From assembly GCA_903924765.1 (NCBI GenBank), contig CAIYCT010000378.1, positions 2,348-66,347 on the forward strand: a stretch of DNA of 64,000 nt, in the 5' to 3' direction. Below are positions 10,220-20,000 of the stretch, in pieces. Source of the stretch: an uncultured Rhodospirillaceae bacterium. Its GTDB lineage: Bacteria > Pseudomonadota > Alphaproteobacteria > Rhodospirillales > Magnetospirillaceae. Positions within the stretch are counted from its first letter, which is position 1. Every line of letters starts with the position of its first letter. The notes below the pieces were generated by a model, which saw nothing but the letters and a program-made list of their open reading frames with translations, was not told where the DNA came from and did not search any database. Position numbers and translations under genes: made by a program.

Positions 10220-11500
10220 ATGCGCAGGATCATCATTGCCGCCTTTCTTTTCCTGATGGCCGGTCTCGGCTTGGTCGCAGACGCCCTGTCCACCCATGCC
10301 TGGGCCGACGACCAAGATCGAATCGCCGCCGTGGTCAACGACGAGGTCGTCACCGTGCGCGACTTGGAAGAACGGGTTAGGATGGCTTTGGCGCTGTCGC
10401 AGTTGAAGGATTCCGTGGAATCCAGAAAACGCGTCGTGCCGCAAGTGCTGCGCAAAATGATCGATGAGCATTTGGCCATGCAAGAATCCAAGCGCTTTAA
10501 AATGTCCGTCAGCAGCAAGGAAGTGGATGAGAACATCCACTTCGTCGAAAAGCAAAACAACATGCCCGAAGGCACATTAATTGCCGAATTGGGCCGGATT
10601 GGCGTCTCGGCCGAGGCTTTGCGCGAACAATTCACCGCCGACATCACGTGGCAGCGCTTGTCCATCGGCATGTATCAACAAACGATCAAGGTGGGTGACG
10701 ACGAAATCACCGAACGCATGGAAGCAATCGCAGCCAAATTGGGCAAGCCCGAATACCTGGTTGCCGACATCACCTTGCTGGTGGATCAACAATCTCAGGA
10801 AGAAGCGACTCGCAATCTGGGCGAGCGTTTGATAGAGCAATTGAAGGCAGGCGCGCCGTTCCCGGTTTTGGCGTCGCAATTTTCCCAATCGGCCAGCGCC
10901 GTCAGCGGCGGCAATCTGGGCTGGATCAGCGAAGATGGCGTGGATGATGAATTGTTTGCCGTGATCAAGGAGATGACGCCGGGCACGGCCTCGAAACTGA
11001 TCCGCACGTCGGACGGCTTTCACATTGTCGCGCTAGTCAGCCGACGCATCGCTGGCACCGGCATCAATGGCGCAGAATCCACCATCACCTATTCCAAGAT
11101 CGTGTTGCCCCTTCCGGCCAAGGACCCGCCACCCAGAAACGTTTTGATCTCCAAGGCCGACACGTTGATGCGGGGGCAAAGATCCTGCGATGCCTTCGAC
11201 GCCAAAGGTAAGAAGGAAGGTGCCGTCAGCCAGGAACGCATCGGTCCGTTGAAGCTCGCAAGCCTTCCGCAAGCCACGCAATCGCTGTTGATGAACGTCC
11301 CAGCCGGAGAAATCGCGTTACCGGTCGAAGACATCAAAGGTGTCTCGGTTTATATGATGTGCCGTCGCGAAGACAAATCGGCTCCGCTGCCGTCTCGAGA
11401 AGCGGTGCGCCGCCAAATCGAAGGCGAGCGCATCGATTTGCTGGCCACCCGTCATATGCGCGACCTGCGTCGCGCCGCTTTCATCGATACCCGCCTGTGA
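10220..11500 (+). CDS. surA: periplasmic chaperone / parvulin-type PPIase SurA
   Basis: Signal peptide MRRIIIAAFLFLMAGLGLVADA, a SurA N-domain (RIAAVVNDEVVT) and a parvulin domain (GGNLGWISED...DGFHIV). Confidence 0.85.
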   Translation: MRRIIIAAFLFLMAGLGLVADALSTHAWADDQDRIAAVVNDEVVTVRDLEERVRMALALSQLKDSVESRKRVVPQVLRKMIDEHLAMQESKRFKMSVSSKEVDENIHFVEKQNNMPEGTLIAELGRIGVSAEALREQFTADITWQRLSIGMYQQTIKVGDDEITERMEAIAAKLGKPEYLVADITLLVDQQSQEEATRNLGERLIEQLKAGAPFPVLASQFSQSASAVSGGNLGWISEDGVDDELFAVIKEMTPGTASKLIRTSDGFHIVALVSRRIAGTGINGAESTITYSKIVLPLPAKDPPPRNVLISKADTLMRGQRSCDAFDAKGKKEGAVSQERIGPLKLASLPQATQSLLMNVPAGEIALPVEDIKGVSVYMMCRREDKSAPLPSREAVRRQIEGERIDLLATRHMRDLRRAAFIDTRL

Positions 11501-12501
11501 CCCCCATCGCGCCCCTTGTCGTAACCATGGGGGAACCCGCCGGAATCGGTGGCGAGATCACGCTTAAAGCTTGGCTTGGCCGAGCGCAAACCCGGCTTCC
11601 CACATTCTTCGCCATCGACGACCCGTCTCGCTTGGCCGAACTGGCCTGCGCCTTGGGCTGGACCGTTCCCTTGGTGGAAATCGCCACACCCGACCAAGCC
11701 CTGTCCGTGTTCGAGCATGCCCTGCCGGTCCTGCCGCTGTTCTTAGGCGTGACTGTCAAACCGGGCCAGCCCGAGCCCGATTGCGTGCGCGTCGTCACCC
11801 AATCCATCAAAACCGGAGTCGATCTGTGTCTGGCGGGTAAAGCATCAGGCTTGGTCACCAACCCCATCCATAAGGCCGTCATGCATCAAGGCGGGTTCCC
11901 CTTTCCTGGCCACACCGAATATCTGGCCTCGCTGCTGGGGGTGGAGAACCGCGAAGTGATGATGCTGGCCTGCCCGGACTTGAAGGTTGTGCCAGTCACC
12001 ATCCATGTCTCGCTGGCCTCGGCCATCGCTACTCTGACCGAAGACAGGATCGTCGAGATTGCGCGGACCACAGCCCAGGCGTTGATCCGGGATTTCGGCA
12101 TTGCCAATCCCCGGCTGGCCGTGGCCGGACTCAATCCCCATGCGGGCGAGGACGGCCATATGGGGCGCGAGGATCTAGACATTATCGCGCCCGCCGTCAA
12201 ACGTCTGCAGGCCTTAGGGATCGACGCCAAGGGACCGCTGCCGCCCGACACGATGTTCCACAGCCAAGCCCGCGCTACCTATGACGTGGCCCTCTGCATG
12301 TATCACGATCAGGCGCTGATCCCCATGAAGACCTTGGGATTCGATGTAGGCGTCAACGTGACCCTGGGACTTCCCATCGTGCGCACGTCGCCCGATCACG
12401 GCACCGCGTTCGATCTGGCCGGATCCGGAACCGCCAACGAGAAAAGTTTGGTCCAATCCCTTCGAATGGCGGATGAAATTGCCAGACATCGCGCCGCTTA
12501 A
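11497..12501 (+). CDS. pdxA: 4-hydroxythreonine-4-phosphate dehydrogenase
   Basis: TMGEPAGIG, GHTEYL and VRTSPDHGTAFD motifs. GTG 11497 overlaps the surA stop (GTGA). The upstream 46 codons of the ORF-track entry overlap surA and look non-native. Confidence 0.9.
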   Translation: MTPIAPLVVTMGEPAGIGGEITLKAWLGRAQTRLPTFFAIDDPSRLAELACALGWTVPLVEIATPDQALSVFEHALPVLPLFLGVTVKPGQPEPDCVRVVTQSIKTGVDLCLAGKASGLVTNPIHKAVMHQGGFPFPGHTEYLASLLGVENREVMMLACPDLKVVPVTIHVSLASAIATLTEDRIVEIARTTAQALIRDFGIANPRLAVAGLNPHAGEDGHMGREDLDIIAPAVKRLQALGIDAKGPLPPDTMFHSQARATYDVALCMYHDQALIPMKTLGFDVGVNVTLGLPIVRTSPDHGTAFDLAGSGTANEKSLVQSLRMADEIARHRAA

Positions 12502-13312
12502 GCCCCTGCCGCCGCTGCGCGAAGTCATCGCCAACCATGGTCTGAGCGCCCGCAAGTCCTTGGGGCAGCACTTCCTTTTGGACATGAATTTGACCCGGCG
12601 CATTGCTCATGCGGCTGGCGACTTAAGCAATGGCACGGTGATAGAGATCGGCCCCGGTCCCGGCGGTCTGACCCGCGCCCTGCTGGAATGCGGCGCCGCC
12701 CATGTCATCGCCATCGAACGCGATGACCGCGCGGTGGCCATCGCCCATGAATTGGCCGAAGCCTATCCCGGGAAGTTGGAGGTCATCGCCGCCGACGCCC
12801 TGGAGATTGACCTCAGCGTTTTGGGCACGGCTCCGCGCCGCATCGTCGCCAATCTGCCCTACAACATCTCGACCCCCCTGCTGATCCAATGGTTCGATCA
12901 TATCGAGGCCTTTGCCAGCTTCACCGTGATGCTGCAAAAGGAAGTGGTCGACCGGTTGGCGGCCGAAGCCAACACATCGGCCTATGGCCGCCTGACCGTG
13001 CTGACCCAATGGCTGTGCGAAGTGCGGCCTTTGTTCAATGTGGATCGCAAGGCGTTTACGCCTCCTCCGGCGGTGATGTCGACGGTGGTGTCGCTTGTCC
13101 CTCGGCCCCAGCCCCTAGCTGCAGCTCGGCGCGAGACTCTGGAAAAAGTCACCGCCGCCGCGTTCGGACAGCGGCGCAAGATGTTGCGCTCCAGCATGAA
13201 ATCCCTGGGGGATGTGGATTCCTTGCTGAAAGCAGTGGGCGTTGACCCGACGAGACGCGCAGAAACACTGACGGTAGAAGAATTTTGTGCTATTGCTCAG
13301 ATCCTGGGCTAA
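12473..13312 (+). CDS. rsmA: 16S rRNA (adenine-N6,N6)-dimethyltransferase
   Basis: KSLGQHFL, EIGPGPGGLT and NLPYNISTP motifs. The start overlaps the pdxA 3' end by 29 nt. Confidence 0.9.
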   Translation: MKLPDIAPLKPLPPLREVIANHGLSARKSLGQHFLLDMNLTRRIAHAAGDLSNGTVIEIGPGPGGLTRALLECGAAHVIAIERDDRAVAIAHELAEAYPGKLEVIAADALEIDLSVLGTAPRRIVANLPYNISTPLLIQWFDHIEAFASFTVMLQKEVVDRLAAEANTSAYGRLTVLTQWLCEVRPLFNVDRKAFTPPPAVMSTVVSLVPRPQPLAAARRETLEKVTAAAFGQRRKMLRSSMKSLGDVDSLLKAVGVDPTRRAETLTVEEFCAIAQILG

Positions 13313-13325
13313 ACTATCGCGCAAC

Positions 13326-14045
13326 ATGCGAGACAGTTTAATGAATGCGCCGTTAATGTCGCCTGTAGTTAACGAGGGCGATCCCTTGGATCAAGAAGCC
13401 CTTGCTGAACTTTTAGCATCGCCAGTACAAGCGGGCGACATGGAGGCGCTTGACCTTCTTTACCGCTGCTGGAACCGCAACACAAGATTGTCCCAAGACG
13501 ACCGGTTATTGATGGTCGCCCAGAATTTAACCATCAGTTTCGGCTTGCCTAACCGTTTGCCCATGGCCAGTTCTCGGGCATGGCGCATGTTGGCACCCCA
13601 CACCTATGCCATTGATTTTGCAAGTCAATTACGAGAAATCGTCTTGTCCATCAAGCTGTGGCAAGATAGCCGAACGGAATTTCTGATCTTGGAATTCGGC
13701 GAAATGGACTTGATCGAATATATGTTCGAATCCCTGGATATAGGCGCCCATGCGGATTTGCTGTCGACAGTGATGACCTTCAAGGTCTTGTCCATGCGCC
13801 GCGCTGGCTTGTTGCGCCGCATCCCGGCGCGGGTCGAACGACAATTCGCTCCGCTGGTGGAATCCGGACGCGCCGATCTTGCGGTCGCCGAATTGGCCAA
13901 GGTTAAGGAATTCCTGGATCGTTTCGCCGGACCGGAAGGATTTGCCCCCATCATCGACGCCGCCCGCAATGCCTCCGCCCGGATCGAGAAAGACATGGAC
14001 GTGCTTAAGGCAGCAGCGGATTCGGCTGTCATATCGCTGGAATAG
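13326..14045 (+). CDS. hypothetical protein (no recognisable family)
   Basis: Roughly 239-aa ORF from ATG 13326. AT-richer than its neighbours. Its TAG stop abuts the stop of the convergent gene (TAG|CTA). Confidence 0.5.
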   Translation: MRDSLMNAPLMSPVVNEGDPLDQEALAELLASPVQAGDMEALDLLYRCWNRNTRLSQDDRLLMVAQNLTISFGLPNRLPMASSRAWRMLAPHTYAIDFASQLREIVLSIKLWQDSRTEFLILEFGEMDLIEYMFESLDIGAHADLLSTVMTFKVLSMRRAGLLRRIPARVERQFAPLVESGRADLAVAELAKVKEFLDRFAGPEGFAPIIDAARNASARIEKDMDVLKAAADSAVISLE

Positions 14046-15215
14046 CTAATTCCCGCTATTGTGCCGCTTGGCCGCCTTGAACCCTTGAGCCGCTTCCCGC
14101 TTTCGCTCGGCCAGGACCTCCGTCAGCGTCGAGTCCAATATGCCGCGCCGGTCGGCGATTTGATGCAGGCGCAGATCCGGGGTTTCGTTGAACTCGACCA
14201 ACACCGCGCCGTCATCTACCGGAGCCACATCCCATCCCACCAACGGCAGTTCGGGGATGACCTTGGCGGCTTCCAGAGCCACCCCAACCACATCGCTCCA
14301 ATTGGGCACGGCCAGATCGGCGAAAGATTCTCCGGTTTCGGGATGATGGCTGATTTCGTCGAAGTCCCTATCCACCCGCTGCACCACGCGCAGCACCCGG
14401 CCGCTGTCCAAATCAAGCTGCGCCAACAAATTGCCGTCGCGCCAGAAATTGTCGGCGCTGTTGAAACCACATGGAATTTTCCAGCATGCCCGCAGCATGG
14501 TCGGTTGTCCGCGCCGCAACAAGGTCAACACCCGCACCGTCGTCAAACGATTGCCGCATAAGGGGCGCAAGGAGGAGTGCGGCGACGCCCGGCGTTGGAA
14601 CAGATAGCCGCTCCCGGCAAAGGCCTGAGCATAGACGATGAATTCGTCCACCGTCAGAACCGCGCCTTGAGTGTCGATCAGACAATCCCGCTCGGGGTCA
14701 TAGCGTTCTAGGCTGGCCGAGCCCAAACTTTGATGCCCGGCTATGGGCTTGGCGAACAGCGGATAATCCTGGCTGGAGCGCAGGAAGTCTCGCAACTCGT
14801 CGGCATTGCGCTTAAGAAAAAAGGTCTCCATTCCAACCCGCTCGCGGAACATCGCCACCGTTTGCAGAACCGGAAAGCCATGCGCGGCGAATAGAATATC
14901 TGTGGTCAGTTTGTTGTTGACCAACCCGTACAAATCCACCCGGAAATTGGCCTGCATCCAAATCTTTTGCGCTTGGCGGAAGCCGACGAAGGCGGTCTTA
15001 TCGACGCCGCCATACCAGTCCTGATCGAACAGACGCATGGCGACATAATCCTGTGACGACAAGCGTCCGCGCCCCAGGCGCAAGCGCGCCATTTCGGCCA
15101 GTAAGGCAAGCGGGCTGCGGCCGCTTTGCGCGGCGATGCGTGACAAAACCGTTGAAAACGTTTCGTCCGCTTGCTTTTTTTCGGCTTGATGCCCCATGCG
15201 TTCCGCCCTTTGCAC
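14046..15215 (-). CDS. ATP-grasp-like protein (resembles sugar-transfer-associated ATP-grasp proteins)
   Basis: 389 aa. Pattern LFAKPIAGHQSLG ... GYLFQ ... TTVRVLT ... GWDVAPVDDGAVLVEFNETPD resembles an ATP-grasp fold. The start may be the internal MGHQ. Confidence 0.5.
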   Translation of the reverse strand: MQRAERMGHQAEKKQADETFSTVLSRIAAQSGRSPLALLAEMARLRLGRGRLSSQDYVAMRLFDQDWYGGVDKTAFVGFRQAQKIWMQANFRVDLYGLVNNKLTTDILFAAHGFPVLQTVAMFRERVGMETFFLKRNADELRDFLRSSQDYPLFAKPIAGHQSLGSASLERYDPERDCLIDTQGAVLTVDEFIVYAQAFAGSGYLFQRRASPHSSLRPLCGNRLTTVRVLTLLRRGQPTMLRACWKIPCGFNSADNFWRDGNLLAQLDLDSGRVLRVVQRVDRDFDEISHHPETGESFADLAVPNWSDVVGVALEAAKVIPELPLVGWDVAPVDDGAVLVEFNETPDLRLHQIADRRGILDSTLTEVLAERKREAAQGFKAAKRHNSGN

Positions 15216-15457
15216 GCCCTAAACGCCAGCCACAATGGCATCGATCGAGCACAGGACAAAGCCCCGTGAACAATCAGACCCAACCGACACAGGCAAATAC
15301 CCTACTAATTAAATTTACTATTGGCTAAATTAACCAAATGTGCTTAACTTTATGCATTCTATCCGACCGGGATCGCGACGCCTAAGTGTTTGAATAAATG
15401 GGTGCCGCCCGCGCATCACCGCCATATCCTGGGTCGTAGCGCAAGGATAGTGGCTCC

Positions 15458-16987
15458 GTGAAAAAACCATTTTTCTTGACAGGGTTTATGAGCTGGCTAT
15501 TCCCCCAGCCGCCACCCTCTCCAACAAAGCCCTTGCCAGACAAGGCTTTAATCGAGTCGTCCAATCTTGTGAAAATGGCCAGGCATCGCCGCCGTGGCTG
15601 CCTGGATCGCTCGGCGTTTCTGGAAGCAGTCCGGGATTTGGCCAAGGACGAACGGACCAAGGACATGCGGCTTCATATCCTATCGCTGGCGGACTTTAAG
15701 GAAGCAGTGGCGGGGAAATGGGACCGCCTGGGTAAATTGATCTCCGTTGCCGTCGAGGCCATCGCTCGCCAACATATGGACCATCACAACGACATCTTCA
15801 CCCAATTCGACGCCGAATTGTCGTTTATCGCCATTCCCTTTACCCCGCGCCAACAGGTCCGCGCCCGCGTCTCCGCCATAGCCCGCGATGTGGCCGGTCA
15901 ATTGTTCGGCGACGTGATCGTCAATGGACGCAGGCCGCAAGTGATCGTCACTAGCATTTCACTTGCCGCCGCCATGGCGAAGGACGGAACGATCAATCAC
16001 CGCGCCGTGACCGCCGCAGTAACCCAAGCCAGCGCCTTGCTGAAGCCTGCCCATCACTCGGCCAAGGCTCCGGCGGTTGCCTTGTCCGCCCCCCATCGCG
16101 CCACTTTGACCGCACTGATGCAGGAAGGCGACACCCAACCGGTCAGCATCTCGGGAGACGGGGGCTCTTTCCTCAACGAACCCCTCACCGACTGGTTTGA
16201 CCGTCAAATAGAGGAGCGCGCGACCTTGACACCCCCATCCTCCTCCTCCATGACCGGCGACACCAAATTAACTTTGTTGTGGACCCCGACCTGGGTCACC
16301 GCGCAAAAAACCATGGGTGCGTTCCAAGCCCGCCTGGTCCGCCGCGACACCGACGAGTCCGCGCCGTTGGAAGGCTGTAACGCCTATATCGGGACCAATC
16401 CGGTCGAGACCTTGACCCTGGACCGCTTCGTCGCCACCCGGACGGCGCAGGAATTGAAGCGGCTGCATTTAGCCGGTCAGCATGCCGGATTGACTGCGGC
16501 GTTTCACTGGACGTCCTTGGCCCCCCGTTGGCGGGATTGCATTCGCCTTCCCATTCTGGATTGTCCACAGGCGGCGCGGAAGAAATTGCTGAAGATCGAA
16601 ATCTTCGGCCTTTCGAAAAGCATGCCCCATCATCTATTCGACACCTTGTTCGATCCCATCGAGGGGATGGGATGCGACGTGATGGCGCGGTTGGCGTTGG
16701 GCGATCTCGATATGATGCCGCTGTTGCGCACGGTCAAGGCGGTGGGCGTCGATCTGGCCGAATTGAAGGAACAAGAGCGGGTCGGCGACGAGGAATTGTA
16801 CAAGCGCATCGACGCCTTCCGCGCCACAGCGCGAAATCATAAACTGGCCTGCTATATCTGGGGCGTGCGCCACCGGCCATTGGCAGCGAGGATTCTCAAT
16901 TCCGGCTTCTCGTTGGTCAACGGCCCCGGCATCATGTGCGATTTAAGTCACCCCAGCCTAGCTCGGATCAACGAAAAAATCGCCTGA
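15458..16987 (+). CDS. cytoplasmic protein with degenerate GGDEF-like and EAL-like domains (predicted catalytically inactive)
   Basis: By-eye alignment. ILSLADFKEAV...DIFTQFDAELSFIAIPFT matches the GGDEF-domain core, with DAELS in place of GG(D/E)EF. LLWTP...GAFQARLVR, LKIEIFG, LALGDLD, IWGVRH and VNGPGI track the EAL-domain motifs (EAL, ExTE, DDFG, EGVE, QG), all degenerate. Confidence 0.55.
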   Translation: MKKPFFLTGFMSWLFPQPPPSPTKPLPDKALIESSNLVKMARHRRRGCLDRSAFLEAVRDLAKDERTKDMRLHILSLADFKEAVAGKWDRLGKLISVAVEAIARQHMDHHNDIFTQFDAELSFIAIPFTPRQQVRARVSAIARDVAGQLFGDVIVNGRRPQVIVTSISLAAAMAKDGTINHRAVTAAVTQASALLKPAHHSAKAPAVALSAPHRATLTALMQEGDTQPVSISGDGGSFLNEPLTDWFDRQIEERATLTPPSSSSMTGDTKLTLLWTPTWVTAQKTMGAFQARLVRRDTDESAPLEGCNAYIGTNPVETLTLDRFVATRTAQELKRLHLAGQHAGLTAAFHWTSLAPRWRDCIRLPILDCPQAARKKLLKIEIFGLSKSMPHHLFDTLFDPIEGMGCDVMARLALGDLDMMPLLRTVKAVGVDLAELKEQERVGDEELYKRIDAFRATARNHKLACYIWGVRHRPLAARILNSGFSLVNGPGIMCDLSHPSLARINEKIA

Positions 16988-17021
16988 CATGAAATAAGTC
17001 GCCTGACCTGTCTGGCCGCTT

Positions 17022-17049
17022 CGCGTCATGCTATCGTGAGCATGACGCG
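17022..17049. promoter_or_regulatory. perfect palindrome (10-bp arms, 8-nt spacer) 19 nt upstream of putA
   Basis: CGCGTCATGC-tatcgtga-GCATGACGCG. No T-tract follows it. Confidence 0.35.
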
Positions 17050-17067
17050 CTTGCCGGAGATAGCCCC

Positions 17068-20000
17068 ATGGAAAAACCGTTCCACCGCCTGGAGCAAATT
17101 CTTCAACCGCAAAGCGAACTGCGAGCGAAGATCACTCGGGCAACACGAATCCCCGAAACGGACTGTATTCTTCCACTGATCGAAGTGGCGCGGCAAACGG
17201 CGGTGCAGGCGCAAATGACCGAAAAGCTGGCCCTCGCTTTGGTCGAGGCCTTGCGGCGCAAGCAGGGGCATTTGGGGATGGTGGACGGGCTGATCCACGA
17301 ATTCTCCTTGTCCAGCCACGAAGGCGTCGCGCTGATGTGCTTGGCCGAGGCCTTGCTGCGCATTCCCGACGATGCCACCCGTGACGCCTTGATCCGCGAT
17401 AAGATCAGCGCCGGGGACTGGCGCTCCCATCTGGGACACAGCCCATCGCTGTTCGTCAACGCCGCCGCCTGGGGTCTGCTGATCACCGGGCGCTTAGTGT
17501 CCGCCACCAGCGAAATCACCCTATCGGCATCCTTGACCCGCCTGATAGGCAAGGGCGGCGAACCCTTGATCCGCAAGGGAGTGGATATGTCCATGCGGAT
17601 GATGGGCGAGCATTTCGTCGCCGGTCAAACCATCGCCGACGCCCTGGCCCATGCCAAACATTGGGAGGCCAAAGGCTTTCGCTATTCCTACGACATGCTG
17701 GGCGAAGCGGCTTGTACCGCCCAAGACGCCACGCATTATTTCCAGGCCTACCAGACCGCCATCCACGCCATCGGCGAGGCGGCGGCCAAGCGCGGCATCT
17801 ATGACGGCCCCGGCATCTCGATCAAATTGTCCGCCTTGCATCCCCGCTATTGTCGGGCGCAGCGGGAGCGGGTGATGATCGAACTGCTGCCCAAGGCCCT
17901 TGACCTTGCCATCTTGGCCCGCCAATACGATATCGGCCTGACCATCGACGCCGAGGAAAGCGACCGCTTGGACTTGTCGCTGGATATTCTGGAAGCACTG
18001 AGCCTGCATCCTTCCATGGAAGGGTGGAACGGTCTGGGCGCGGCGGTGCAGGCTTATCAAAAACGTGCGCCCTTCGTGCTGGATTTCCTGATCGATCTGG
18101 CGCGGCGTAGCCGCCGACGGCTGATGATCCGCTTGGTCAAAGGAGCCTATTGGGACAGCGAGATCAAACGCGCACAGATCGACGGACTGGAGGATTTCCC
18201 CGTCTTCACCCGCAAGATTCACACCGATTTATCCTATCTGGCCTGCGCCCACAAATTGCTGCAAGCGCCCGATGCGGCGTTTCCCCAATTCGCCACCCAC
18301 AACGCCCAGACCTTGGCCGCTATTCACACCATGGCTGGCGAGAATTTTTACGGCGGCCAGTACGAATTTCAGTGCCTGCACGGCATGGGAGAGCCGTTGT
18401 ACGACGAGGTGGTCGGCCCCGGCAAACTGAACCGCCCCTGCCGCATTTACGCTCCGGTGGGACCGCACCGGACCCTGCTGGCTTATCTGGTGCGGCGGTT
18501 GTTGGAAAACGGAGCCAACACCTCGTTCGTCAACCGCATCACCGACTTGGGCGTACCGGTGGACGCGCTTGTAGCCGACCCGGTAGAGAGCGCCGCCGCT
18601 CTGACGCCCGTGGGCTCGCCTCATCCCCTTATCGCCTTGCCCAAAAATCTGTTTGGCGCCGAGCGCCCCAATTCCGTTGGCATTGATCTGTCCAACGAAC
18701 AAAGTTTGGCCGTGATGAGCGCCGATCTGGCGGCGTGCGGCCCGCTGGCGGATAATCCCGGCTCCGCCACACCGCACCAGATCGAAACCGCCATCGCCCA
18801 AGCGACCCGATCCGGTTGGGCCGCCACACCGCCCACCGACCGCGCCGCCTGGTTGATTCGCGCCGCAGATATGCTGCAAGCGAGGCGAGCCGATCTGATC
18901 GGCCTGCTGGTCCGCGAGGCGGGAAAAACCCTGCCCAACGCCATCGGCGAAGTTCGCGAAGCAGAAGATTTCCTACGCTATTACGCCGCCCAAATCTCCG
19001 AATTCCACACCGACTCCCATATTCCGCTGGGACCCGTGGCCTGCATCAGTCCGTGGAACTTTCCCCTGGCCATCTTTATCGGCCAAGTATCGGCGGCGTT
19101 GGCGGCGGGCAATGCCGTCCTGGCCAAACCGGCTGAGGAATGCCCGCGCATCGCCACCCTGGCCGTGGACATCCTGTATGAAGCGGGCGTTCCCGCCGAC
19201 GCGCTTCACCTGTTGCAGGGCTCGGGCGAAGTGGGGGCGCGCTTGGTTTCCGATCCCGGCATTTGCGGTGTGATGTTCACCGGCTCGACCGAGGCTGCCA
19301 AGCACATCCAGAGCAATTTGTCTCAGCGCTTGAGTCCCGACAGCCGCCCCATTCCGTTGATCGCTGAAACCGGCGGTGTGAATGTGATGATCGTCGATTC
19401 CTCGGCCCGGCCCGAGCAGGTTGTCAGCGATGTTATAACGTCGACCTTCGACAGCGCCGGTCAGCGCTGCTCGGCCTTGCGTGCGCTGTGTCTGCAACAA
19501 GATTGCGCCGACGCCATCCTATCCCTGCTGATCGGCGCCATGGAAGAACTGACCATGGGCGAGCCGGACGATCCGGCCACCGATGTGGGGCCGGTGATCA
19601 GCGATCAGGCCAAGCGCGGCTTGTTGGACTACATCGATTCCATGCGCGCCCAAGGCCATACGATCCATCAACTCGCCTTGCCCGTCCCCTGCCGCGACGG
19701 CGCATTCGTCCCGCCCACAGTAATCGAGATCGATCATTTGGGACAGTTGCAGGGTGAAGTATTTGGGCCGGTGCTGCATGTGCTGCGCTTCGCCCATCAC
19801 CAGATGGATCGTTTGATCGACGAGATCAACGGTCTGGGCTATGGCCTGACCTGCGGCATCCAGACCCGAATCGATGAAACCATTGCCCGCGTCACCCAGT
19901 CGGTCGCGGCGGGCAACATTTACGTCAACCGCACAATGATCGGCGCGGTGGTGGGCGTGCAGCCTTTCGGCGGACAGGGGCTGTCGGGCACCGGACCCAA

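Noticed and set aside
11359-11496. 46-codon extension of the pdxA ORF inside surA
   Set aside because: It reads Arg/Pro/Ser-rich out-of-frame sequence of surA. GTG 11497 gives the canonical PdxA N-terminus (PLVVTMGEPAGIG) and a GTGA overlap.
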